Of a DNA stretch of 64,000 nt, positions 19,137 to 28,435 are shown piece after piece; the stretch's first letter is position 1; the number at the start of each line of letters is the position of its first letter. This stretch comes from a virus: IMG/VR virus record IMGVR_UViG_3300025000_000065, positions 32,001-96,000 of that record; one strand, given 5' to 3'. The notes below the pieces were generated by a model. It was not told the origin of the DNA and made no database searches. It saw only the letters and a list, made by a program, of their open reading frames with translations. The translations under genes were made by a program, and so were the position numbers.

Positions 19137-20189
19137 ATGGCAAAAACGCATGAAAGTTTTGGTGATTTAGAACAAACCGATGGATCATTCGCCTTAAAAG
19201 GCGTGATTACTGGAGTGGCAAAACCAACATTTTACCAGGAAAAAAATGATAAAAATGGTAAACCATTTCGAATGATTAATTTCGGTGTTCAGGTTTCAAA
19301 GGATTGGGTTCATTATTTATCAATCAATGGAATGACTCAGGAAAAAGTATATTTCTATTCAAAAGACGATAAGAAAACACTTAGCCAGGATTGGAAATCT
19401 CGTAATTCTTTCCGCAAAGAAGGATATCGACTAATTGGAATGAACTTGGGTCTTGAAAAAACCAAAGATGAAAAAGGAAATGATGTAAACGATAAGAAAA
19501 ATCTTGTTCCTTTTGATGCTTGTGGATATATTTATGAAAATTTAAAAGATGGAATGTCAGTGTTTGTTCGTGGAAAGCTAGAATATTCTAGTTTCAACAA
19601 TAATAGCGGTGAACTGCAACGAAGTGTCAAACTTGTTCCTAACCAAATTTCTTTATGTAAAGACGTTGATTTTGATGAAAAAGATTTTGATGTTCAATCA
19701 GATTTTACTCAAACATTTGTCTTTATGGATATGGAAATGGTCAAGGATGGCGAAGAAATTCTTGGGGCAAATGTTCATGGAAGCATTATAAATTACAATA
19801 GCATTGAACAAGCTGAATTCTTTATTCGAGATTCCGCATTAGGAAAGAATTTCAAAACATTAAAACCCTATACTTTCATTAAAACATGGGGCAACCTAGA
19901 AACCGAACGCAATAAAGAAGAAGTTGCATCCGAAGATGTTTGGGGTTCAAGTAACACTATGGAATCTGTTCGTTCACCTTATAAGAAATTGTTTGTTATT
20001 ACGGGTGCAGATCCAAAATCAATGAACCGTGAAGATTATAGTGAATTAAAAATGGATAAAGCATTGCAAGCAATGAAAAAATCACAATCAGAAAAAGAAG
20101 AATTTAAAACACAGAATACTTCTACTGCTGGAATTACCGAATGGGGAAATACTACACCCGTTGAAGATGAAGAAGAAACTGGTTGGTAA
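19137..20189 (+). CDS. Putative ssDNA-binding protein (SPbeta YorF-like position)
   Basis: OB-like strands; acidic tail EDEEETGW; heads the replication block. Confidence 0.55.
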   Translation: MAKTHESFGDLEQTDGSFALKGVITGVAKPTFYQEKNDKNGKPFRMINFGVQVSKDWVHYLSINGMTQEKVYFYSKDDKKTLSQDWKSRNSFRKEGYRLIGMNLGLEKTKDEKGNDVNDKKNLVPFDACGYIYENLKDGMSVFVRGKLEYSSFNNNSGELQRSVKLVPNQISLCKDVDFDEKDFDVQSDFTQTFVFMDMEMVKDGEEILGANVHGSIINYNSIEQAEFFIRDSALGKNFKTLKPYTFIKTWGNLETERNKEEVASEDVWGSSNTMESVRSPYKKLFVITGADPKSMNREDYSELKMDKALQAMKKSQSEKEEFKTQNTSTAGITEWGNTTPVEDEEETGW

Positions 20190-20202
20190 TTATTATTAAA
20201 AA

Positions 20203-20230
20203 TAGGTGGAATTGAAATATATTCCACCTA
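20203..20230 (+). terminator. Hairpin, probable terminator
   Basis: TAGGTGGAAT-8-ATTCCACCTA. Confidence 0.55.
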
Positions 20231-20248
20231 AATAAAATAGGAGATTTT

Positions 20249-20464
20249 ATGAGAGAATTAAAAACCGTAAAAATGAGCGCAGTTGACGAACTCAGTAATG
20301 TAACAGTAAAACTTGATAGGAAAAATTTACCTGATGAGGAAACCGAAGATATTCAAATGATCACAGAAAATTTCGTTGAACTTCTACGAAAATTACATTA
20401 TAATCCTTCGGATATTCGTAATGCTGTACGTGATGTTTTAGAAAACTATGATTTTGAAGATTAA
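20249..20464 (+). CDS. Hypothetical protein
   Basis: AGGAG RBS. Confidence 0.5.
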   Translation: MRELKTVKMSAVDELSNVTVKLDRKNLPDEETEDIQMITENFVELLRKLHYNPSDIRNAVRDVLENYDFED

Positions 20465-20474
20465 GGAGTAATTA

Positions 20475-22568
20475 ATGAAATATGTTTTAAATGAGCCAAA
20501 GGTTGCGTTAGAAAGTTTTCGACATTATTTACGTGGAACTAAAAAGGTTGGTAAAGCACAACCACTATATTCAAAAATTCAAACTCCTTATGGCGAAAAA
20601 ACAATGGGAGAAATGAATGTTGGAGATGAAATTTTTACTATTGATGGAACTGTAACAAAAATCACTGATGTTTTTCCCCAAGGTGTTAAAGATATTTATG
20701 AAGTTACCTTTTCTGATGGAAGCAAAACAAGATGTTCGGAAGATCATTTGTGGTCTGTTAGAACTAAAAAAATGAAGATCCTCGGAAAGGGATTTAATCG
20801 AATTATGACTTTAGGAGAAATTAAAAAAGATTATTTTTCTTTGGAGAAAGACGGCTATAGACATCCTAAATTTGAAATTCCCATTGCAAGTGCCGTAGAA
20901 TTTGAAAAAAGAGAAATTCCATTAGATCCCTATTTGCTAGGATTATTGTTGGGAGATGGATATATCTGTGGAAGAGTTGTTGGATTTTCCAATACAGAAG
21001 AAGATGTTTTAGAGAAAATTGAAAAAATATCTTTTGAAAAATATGGATGTGGTTTTGTTAAAAATTCAGAGCATAATTGCACGCATCATATAAAAAAACC
21101 AGATGGAGAATACAGAAATCCAATTCGAACAAAATTATCAGAATTGGGATTATTGGGATTAAAATCAAAAGATAAATTTATTCCCCAAGAATATTTATAC
21201 AATGATTATTCAACAAGATTATCTATATTACAAGGATTAATGGATACAGATGGACACATTAGTCAAGAGGGACAAGTTAATTTTTCTTCAACATCTTTAC
21301 AATTAATTGAAAATGTAAAGTGGTTAGTTCATTCCTTGGGAGGTCTTGCCACAATTCATGAAGATGCTAGAATTGGAAAAGAATCTTATTACTTAATTAT
21401 TAGAGCAAATGGATTTGTACCCGTCACATCAGAAAAACATTCTCCAAAATTTGAAAAACATAATCCAAATTTAACTAGATTTATTTCCAATATTGAATAC
21501 ATTGGTAAAGAAGAATGTCAATGTATTAAAGTTGAAGATGATTCAGAATTATATTTAACAGATGAGTTTATTGTTACCCATAATAGCACGTTGTTCCGAG
21601 ATTTAATTGTCGAATATTATGGAGATCCAAAATATGGATTAATGATTGCTCCAGGCAATGAAACAGGTTTTAAAGCCTTAGATAATCTGTATGCTATGGA
21701 AGCTCAAACATGGGAAGATTTCTGCGAAATTGTTAATGATTTAGTATTGAATAAGGCAGACAATGAATTTAAGATTATAGCAATTGATACCGTGGATGAA
21801 CTAATTGCAATTGCAGAAGAAAAAGTATTGAAAATTCATTATCAACGAAAAGGCGAAAAGGCAACTTCTATCAATGCTGCTTTAGGTGGATATGGAGCAG
21901 GAAAGAAAATGCTTCGTAAACTCATCAATGATAAAATCAAAGAAGTTGAAAATGCAGGTTATACCTGGTTTTTCGTTGGACATACGAAAGTTCGTGATAT
22001 TAAAGAAAAGGGACAAGAGGAATCATATCAACAATTAACTTCCAATCTTGAGTTTGATTATGATGCATTATTTACAGATAAAGCAGACATTATTGCCTCT
22101 TGTTACATAGAAAGAAACGTAAAAGATAATTCTTTAGAATCAACTACACGATACATTTATTTTCGCCCTAATGGTTTTGTTGATGCAGGAAGTCGTTTCA
22201 AAGATATGCCAGAGCGTGTTCCTATGACTGCACGTGATTACATTAGTGCTTTTGAACAAGGTGCAAAAGGAACTTATACAAAACCATTGACGAAAAAAGA
22301 ATTGGATAAACGAAAGAAACAAGAAGAAACAGAACGTCAAGAACAAGCTCAAAAATTTACTGAAGCCAAAAAATCTAATTTTGAAGGATTAGAAACAGTT
22401 GAAGATTATCACAAAAAGATTCAGGAAATGAAAGAAGCATTGGACTCTGAGACTGCACGTGAAAAAGGTGAGCAATTAAAAGAAGCTGGATTGCCTCTAA
22501 GATTTAAAGAAATTGAAGATCTCGAACAACTAAAATTATTCTTAAAAATCGTTTCTTCAGACGATTAA
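20475..22568 (+). CDS. AAA_24/Sak4-like P-loop ATPase containing an intein
   Basis: Walker A GTKKVGK|S split by intein; Walker B IAIDT; GGYGAG, VGH, AGSRF. Confidence 0.85.
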   Translation: MKYVLNEPKVALESFRHYLRGTKKVGKAQPLYSKIQTPYGEKTMGEMNVGDEIFTIDGTVTKITDVFPQGVKDIYEVTFSDGSKTRCSEDHLWSVRTKKMKILGKGFNRIMTLGEIKKDYFSLEKDGYRHPKFEIPIASAVEFEKREIPLDPYLLGLLLGDGYICGRVVGFSNTEEDVLEKIEKISFEKYGCGFVKNSEHNCTHHIKKPDGEYRNPIRTKLSELGLLGLKSKDKFIPQEYLYNDYSTRLSILQGLMDTDGHISQEGQVNFSSTSLQLIENVKWLVHSLGGLATIHEDARIGKESYYLIIRANGFVPVTSEKHSPKFEKHNPNLTRFISNIEYIGKEECQCIKVEDDSELYLTDEFIVTHNSTLFRDLIVEYYGDPKYGLMIAPGNETGFKALDNLYAMEAQTWEDFCEIVNDLVLNKADNEFKIIAIDTVDELIAIAEEKVLKIHYQRKGEKATSINAALGGYGAGKKMLRKLINDKIKEVENAGYTWFFVGHTKVRDIKEKGQEESYQQLTSNLEFDYDALFTDKADIIASCYIERNVKDNSLESTTRYIYFRPNGFVDAGSRFKDMPERVPMTARDYISAFEQGAKGTYTKPLTKKELDKRKKQEETERQEQAQKFTEAKKSNFEGLETVEDYHKKIQEMKEALDSETAREKGEQLKEAGLPLRFKEIEDLEQLKLFLKIVSSDD
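20556..21584 (+). mobile_element. Intein (343 aa, Ala-initiated, class 3 signature) with LAGLIDADG endonuclease
   Basis: AQPLYSKIQTP..SEDHLW..LLGLLLGDG..LQGLMDTDG..ECQCIKV..IVTHN|S. Confidence 0.92.
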
Positions 22569-22652
22569 TTCGAATAAAAAATAAAATGTTCATTTTATTG
22601 GTTTTAGAAGGCTATTAGAGGCATGTTTTAGGCGATTTGGAACGTTTTTAAT

Positions 22653-22696
22653 GGTATATTATCAGTAGACAGCTTTATAGGTATATTATCGGTAGA
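22653..22696. repeat. 17-bp direct repeat x2, 27-bp period
   Basis: GGTATATTATC(A/G)GTAGA at 22653 and 22680. Confidence 0.7.
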
Positions 22697-22703
22697 ATTC
22701 AAT

Positions 22704-22739
22704 AAAATAGGGAAGAAAAATAAAATTCTTCCCTATTTT
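22704..22739 (+). terminator. Intrinsic terminator
   Basis: AAAATAGGGAAGAA...TTCTTCCCTATTTT. Confidence 0.7.
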
Positions 22740-22779
22740 AAAACAATAATACAAAATAAAAATTACTTCGGGAGGTACA

Positions 22780-23424
22780 ATGATTATCACCACTCGGAAG
22801 TGTGGATTGTGTAAAGAAAACATAGAATTAGAAAAAGAGAAAAAAACAGTTCTTCAAAGTAAAAAATATTATCATTATGATTGTTTTATAGAAAAAGAGA
22901 TAAATAAAAAACGCAATGTTTTAACTAAAGAAAAAATAGAAAATTTAGCAAATCAACTTATAGAAGAAAATAAAGATTTTATAAATGAAATAATTAATAA
23001 AAATCATTTATATTTATGGTTACAAAAAAAATATAATTTAATAATTATTCCAACTTATGTATATCAGAAATTAGCAGATATATATAATGGAACTTGGAAA
23101 GACATTAATATAAAAATTCCTCCAGAAGATATTCTGGATATGTTTAAAAGACAATGGCATAATCTAGAGCAAATCAATATTAGCAATATTAATAAAGGAA
23201 AAAAATTAAGTCCAGAAAATAGGTTGAATTATGACTTAAGTGTTATAATAAATAAATCAAGTAGTTATTATGAATGGAGGAAAAAACAGGAAGAGCAACA
23301 AATAGAAATGATGCAATCCATAGAATCTTCACAAGCAACTAATAATTTTAGAAGCTCTATGGGGATTGAACAAAATATTACAAGCAATGAAAACGACTTA
23401 TCTCAATATTTAGAGGAGATTTAA
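22780..23424 (+). CDS. Replication protein with N-terminal Zn finger (YorH-like position; possible helicase loader)
   Basis: KCGLC..YYHYDC; directly upstream of helicase. Confidence 0.55.
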   Translation: MIITTRKCGLCKENIELEKEKKTVLQSKKYYHYDCFIEKEINKKRNVLTKEKIENLANQLIEENKDFINEIINKNHLYLWLQKKYNLIIIPTYVYQKLADIYNGTWKDINIKIPPEDILDMFKRQWHNLEQINISNINKGKKLSPENRLNYDLSVIINKSSSYYEWRKKQEEQQIEMMQSIESSQATNNFRSSMGIEQNITSNENDLSQYLEEI

Positions 23425-23427
23425 AAA

Positions 23428-24954
23428 TTGATAGAACAAAAAGACTTAGAAAACATTCCAAATGAAATAGCGTTAGTTGGAGCATTTTATAAAAATCCAG
23501 AATTATATATTTCATATGGATCATCAATTAAATCAAAGTATGATTTTTCAGGAGAGGTATCAAAATTTTTATACGATTGTTTTGAGCTAATATATCAAAC
23601 CATATCTCAAAAAATAAATGAAACAAAAGTCAATTCGTTTATGATCATGGATGATAAAAGATTACAATTATATAAAAAATATGGGGGATATAAAACAATA
23701 GATGATTGGATGAATTTATCTGATCCAGAAGATTTTGATAATTATTTTGGAATATTAAAAAAATATTCTTTGCTAAGAGAATTTTATAGAAGTGGATATA
23801 ATGTTGAAAAACTTATCACTCATAAAAAATTTGATGTTTGGAGCGCACAAGATATTTTCAAAATGTTGCGATCTAAAGTTGATAAGATTCACACTGTTAT
23901 TCTTTCCAATCAAGAAAGTGTTATCTTAAATGAAAACGCAGAGAAAGACATTAAATCGTATGTAATAAAACCACAAGCAGGATTATCTTATCCCTGGATT
24001 GTTATTGATGAAATGTTTAAAGGAATGAGATTAGGAAAAGCTGTATTAACTGGATTCCTTAGCAATGAAGGAAAAACCAGAAATCTTATTATGCTCATGA
24101 GTTATATAGCATTAGTAAAAAATAAACCCGTTTTAATTATGTCAAATGAAATGGATGATGAAGATTTAAAATCCTGCTTGATTACTACAATTGTAAACAA
24201 TGAATGCTTCCAAGAATTACATGGTGTCAAAATGAAGAAAATGGAAGGGGAAATTGTTTTAGGAAAATATAGAGATCAAAGAGGAGCAATTATTCAAAGA
24301 GAAAAAGATGAAAATGATATCTATACCGAAAGGGAAGAAGACTTCATTAACAGACTAGAAAGAGACTCCGAAGAATACAGAAACATAATAAAAATTGGTC
24401 AATGGATTGATAGCAGAAAAGAAAAACTTATATTTTTCAAAAATGTTGGAACAGATTATTCCGATCAAACACTAGAATTTGAAATTCGAAAACATAAACT
24501 TTTATATGGTGTTGATTATGTTGCCTATGACACTATGAAGGGCTATCGAACAGATGATTGGATGACGGTAAAACAATCATTTACTAAGTTAAAAGAATTG
24601 ATGAGTGAATTGAATATTTGGGGATGGTTTGTATTTCAATTAGCTGACCAGGCAGTTCACATGGATATTTTCGATATGAGTAGTAATGAAATTGCCAATG
24701 CCAAACAGATTAAACATCCTGTAGACCACATGCTATTAGGAAAAAGAATTTATCCCTCAGAATATCATAAATATAAATATATTCCAAACTATCAATGGGG
24801 AGATCCTAGACCAATTCCATTAGACCTTTCTAAAAAATATATGGCTTTAAAAGTTGAAAAAAATAGAAGTGGTAACAAAGCAAATTATCCATTATTTGAA
24901 TATGATTTAGATTATAATACTTGGGACAATGTTGGAAGTTTAGTTAGAGCATAA
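23428..24954 (+). CDS. DnaB-like replicative helicase
   Basis: SNEGKTR, SNEM, YDTMK, FQL, KNRSG. Confidence 0.85.
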   Translation: MIEQKDLENIPNEIALVGAFYKNPELYISYGSSIKSKYDFSGEVSKFLYDCFELIYQTISQKINETKVNSFMIMDDKRLQLYKKYGGYKTIDDWMNLSDPEDFDNYFGILKKYSLLREFYRSGYNVEKLITHKKFDVWSAQDIFKMLRSKVDKIHTVILSNQESVILNENAEKDIKSYVIKPQAGLSYPWIVIDEMFKGMRLGKAVLTGFLSNEGKTRNLIMLMSYIALVKNKPVLIMSNEMDDEDLKSCLITTIVNNECFQELHGVKMKKMEGEIVLGKYRDQRGAIIQREKDENDIYTEREEDFINRLERDSEEYRNIIKIGQWIDSRKEKLIFFKNVGTDYSDQTLEFEIRKHKLLYGVDYVAYDTMKGYRTDDWMTVKQSFTKLKELMSELNIWGWFVFQLADQAVHMDIFDMSSNEIANAKQIKHPVDHMLLGKRIYPSEYHKYKYIPNYQWGDPRPIPLDLSKKYMALKVEKNRSGNKANYPLFEYDLDYNTWDNVGSLVRA

Positions 24955-24955
24955 T

Positions 24956-25975
24956 ATGGATATCAAGGAATTGAAAAAATATATTATCGAAAACGATAAA
25001 GTAGAATATATTTTAGAAAATTTAGATTGCCAAAAAATAAAATTTCATAATTCTGGTTATTGGACTTGTGGTAATCCTCCTCCATCAGATAATCCTAATG
25101 CTGTTACAATATATAAAGATAATTTAAAAGTAATTAATTACACAAAAGATATGTCAGAACCATCAGACATATTTACATTGATTGAATATTATAAGAACAT
25201 AAATTTCTTTGAATCTTTAAAATGGATTTGTGATTTATTAGAAATTGATTTCTATAAAGATTCCAATGAAGAACTACCAAAAGAGTTATTGATCACAAAA
25301 CAATTAATTAGTATGCGAACTGGATCAAAGAGAGAGGATGATGATGATACTCCAATAAAACCACTATCAGAAGAAATAATAAAATATTATCCAGCAATTG
25401 GGAATACAATGTTTTTTGATGATGGAATAGATTATCAGACTCAATATGAATTTGGCTTATCATATGATAATGAAAGTAATCGAATATTAATTCCCGTACA
25501 TTCTGAAATAGGAGATTTGGTATCTTATAAAGGAAGATTGTTTAAATATAAATTAAATAAGGACGAACAAAAATATATTTATTTATATCCTTGTCCTAGA
25601 AATAAACTCTTATTCGGATATAATAAAACACATTTGTATATTAAAAAAGAAAATTGGGTTTGGGTTGGAGAAGCTGAGAAATTTGTGTTACAATTATGGT
25701 CTTACGGTTATTATAATTCTATCGCTACAGGTGGTACAAAAATAGGACAGACACAAATAGATAAAATAAGTAGATTGGGAGTTCCAATTTGTTTTTGTTT
25801 TGATAAAGATATAAAAAAAGAAACTATAGAAAAAATATCTGAAAGGTTTACTGATGGAATTGATATTTATGCTATTTTCGATGAAGATAATTTGTTGAAA
25901 GAAAAAGAATCGCCTAGTGATCAAAAAGAAATTTGGGAATTATTGGTTAAAAATAATGTTTACAAAATAAAATAA
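24956..25975 (+). CDS. DnaG-like primase
   Basis: RILIP..G..YKGR, KY, Toprim EAEK..ATGG..FDKD. Confidence 0.85.
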   Translation: MDIKELKKYIIENDKVEYILENLDCQKIKFHNSGYWTCGNPPPSDNPNAVTIYKDNLKVINYTKDMSEPSDIFTLIEYYKNINFFESLKWICDLLEIDFYKDSNEELPKELLITKQLISMRTGSKREDDDDTPIKPLSEEIIKYYPAIGNTMFFDDGIDYQTQYEFGLSYDNESNRILIPVHSEIGDLVSYKGRLFKYKLNKDEQKYIYLYPCPRNKLLFGYNKTHLYIKKENWVWVGEAEKFVLQLWSYGYYNSIATGGTKIGQTQIDKISRLGVPICFCFDKDIKKETIEKISERFTDGIDIYAIFDEDNLLKEKESPSDQKEIWELLVKNNVYKIK

Positions 25976-25987
25976 ATATGATAGAAT
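25959..25987 (+). promoter_or_regulatory. Sigma70 promoter of the methyltransferase gene
   Basis: TTTACA-17-TAGAAT with extended -10. Confidence 0.6.
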
Positions 25988-26018
25988 AGAAAAATAAATT
26001 ATTAAAGGAGAAAATTAA

Positions 26019-26717
26019 TTGAAAAAAGAATTCAATAAAGTTTATAACATTGATTTCTTTGAAGGAATGTCTTCTATAAAAAATGATTTTATAGATTTAT
26101 TACTTACAGATCCTCCATATGGAATAAACTTAACTCCTCAAAGACGAAATAGTAAATTTAAAAATACCAAAATAAAAAATGATAATAATTTAGATTGGTT
26201 AGAATCTTTTGTCAATGAATCTTATAGGATTATGAAAAATGCTGGATTTATTTTTTGTAATTGGCAAAAATATGATATTTTCAAACAAGCATTTGAAAAA
26301 AAATTTATTATCAAAAACCTTATAGTTTGGGATAAGATGTGGTTTGGAATGGGAAATAACTTTAGACCCAATCATGAATTTATTATGCTTATATGTAAAA
26401 CAAATATTACAATAAAATCAAATAATTTATCTAATATTTTATCTTTTAGAAGACTTCATCCATCTAAAATGATTCATTCCTGCGAAAAGCCAGTTCCATT
26501 ATTGCAATTATTAATTAATGAAACAACTAACGAAGAAGATATTATTTTAGATCCCTTTGCTGGAAGTGGAAGTTGTCTAGAGGCAAGCTTAAAAACAAAA
26601 AGAAAATTTATTGGATTTGATAATGGCAAAAATGAAAAAACCAATGAACATTGGGCTGATATAGCAAATCAAAGATGTCTTAATGTAAAAATAAAAGGAG
26701 AAACAAATGAATTATAA
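26019..26717 (+). CDS. N6-adenine/N4-cytosine DNA methyltransferase (beta class), orphan
   Basis: TDPPY precedes HSCEKP and DPFAGSGS. Confidence 0.9.
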   Translation: MKKEFNKVYNIDFFEGMSSIKNDFIDLLLTDPPYGINLTPQRRNSKFKNTKIKNDNNLDWLESFVNESYRIMKNAGFIFCNWQKYDIFKQAFEKKFIIKNLIVWDKMWFGMGNNFRPNHEFIMLICKTNITIKSNNLSNILSFRRLHPSKMIHSCEKPVPLLQLLINETTNEEDIILDPFAGSGSCLEASLKTKRKFIGFDNGKNEKTNEHWADIANQRCLNVKIKGETNEL

Positions 26718-28428
26718 ATTGCTAAATAAAAATTATAAAGAAGAGTTAGAAAATAAAACAATTAAGGAATTTATTTTATCTAACAGAAATATTGAAAATC
26801 CAAGTATCTATTTATCTCTTACAAAAGACAATGTTCATCATTATTCTTTATTAGAAAATATTGATAAAGCAAAAAATGTCTTGTTAGAAACAATAAAGAA
26901 TAAAGGAAAAATCGGAATTATTGTGGATGTAGATGTAGACGGATTCTCTTCGGCATCTATTCTATATCAATATCTTGCAAGAAATTATGATCAATCAAAA
27001 TTGTCTTATTTTATTCATACTAAAAAACAACATGGTATTTCAGATTTGTTATCTCAAATATTAAAATCAAAAATTAATCTTTTAATTGTTCCAGATGCAG
27101 GAACAAACGACACTAAGGAATGTAAAATTCTTCAAGAAAAAAATATTCAAGTAATTGTATTAGACCATCACCAGGTAGAAGAAGAAAATCCATATGCTAT
27201 TGTTGTAAATAATCAACTTGGAAATTATCCCAATAAATATCTCAGTGGAGCAGGCGTAACTAAAAAATTCCTAGAAAGTTTAGATGATGAATTATGGGAT
27301 GATTCAAGTGACTTTGATGATCTAGTTGCTATATCAATTATTGCAGATTCCATGTCCATATTAGAATATGAAAACCGTTATCTGGTTACAAAGGGTTTAA
27401 AAAATATTAGAAATAAATTTATTCAAGCAATTATAGAAAAACAATCTTATTCAATTGGCAACACAGATAATATCAATGTTAATATAGTTGCATTTTATAT
27501 TTCTCCATTAATCAATGCTTTAATTAGATCGGGTTCTTTAGAAGAAAAAGAATTAATGTTCAGAGCTTTTATTAATGATCCAGAAACTTTTCCATATAAA
27601 AAACGAAGCGGAGAAGAAATTCAGGAAACAATGCAAGAAATGGTTGCCAGATTAGCAACTAATTTAAAAGCCAAACAGAATAGAGAAATTGATAAGTCTT
27701 TAGAATATTTACGTGGATTAATTGATAAGAACGAATGGAATAAAAACAAGATTTTATTTGTTGATGCTGATGGAGTGGATTATAGTTTCACAGGATTAAC
27801 AGCAATGAAACTTGCTTCAGAATATCAAAAGCCTTGTCTATTAATTAGAAAAAATAGGGACAATGTTTTTGCTGGATCTGCGAGAAATTATGGAAATCAA
27901 ATTGAAAACCTTAAAGATTATTTATTGGAAACAGGGTATTTTGAATATGCTCAAGGGCATCCATCGAGTTTCGGATTAGGAATAAAAATTGAAAATATAA
28001 AACCTGCACTAGAAAAATTAAATGAACAATTGAAAGACATTAACTTTGGAGAATTTATTCATTATATTGATTTTGAAATTAGCATAGAAAATTTAAGCGT
28101 TGAAATAATTAAAGATATGAATGAACTTTATGACTATTATGGAAATGGAATTGAAGAAAGTTTAGTGTTAGTAAAAAATATTCCAGTAAATACAACTAAT
28201 ATTGAACTTATGGGAAAAACAGAAGACACATGGAAATTCCTGTATAATAATGAAATTCAATTTATCAAATTTAAAAACAATAAAGATGATGCTATTATGA
28301 AAGCAAGACAAAACGATTGGTCTGGAGCAAATTTAAAAATTAATGCTATCTGTAAATTAAGCATGAACGAATATGGTGGAGTTAGAATTCCTCAATGTAT
28401 TGTTGTTGATTATGAAAGTATAGAATAG
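26707..28428 (+). CDS. recJ: RecJ-like ssDNA exonuclease (DHH)
   Basis: DVDVDG, LDHH, LSGAGV, GSAR, QGH. Confidence 0.88.
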   Translation: MNYKLLNKNYKEELENKTIKEFILSNRNIENPSIYLSLTKDNVHHYSLLENIDKAKNVLLETIKNKGKIGIIVDVDVDGFSSASILYQYLARNYDQSKLSYFIHTKKQHGISDLLSQILKSKINLLIVPDAGTNDTKECKILQEKNIQVIVLDHHQVEEENPYAIVVNNQLGNYPNKYLSGAGVTKKFLESLDDELWDDSSDFDDLVAISIIADSMSILEYENRYLVTKGLKNIRNKFIQAIIEKQSYSIGNTDNINVNIVAFYISPLINALIRSGSLEEKELMFRAFINDPETFPYKKRSGEEIQETMQEMVARLATNLKAKQNREIDKSLEYLRGLIDKNEWNKNKILFVDADGVDYSFTGLTAMKLASEYQKPCLLIRKNRDNVFAGSARNYGNQIENLKDYLLETGYFEYAQGHPSSFGLGIKIENIKPALEKLNEQLKDINFGEFIHYIDFEISIENLSVEIIKDMNELYDYYGNGIEESLVLVKNIPVNTTNIELMGKTEDTWKFLYNNEIQFIKFKNNKDDAIMKARQNDWSGANLKINAICKLSMNEYGGVRIPQCIVVDYESIE

Positions 28429-28435
28429 AATAAAT

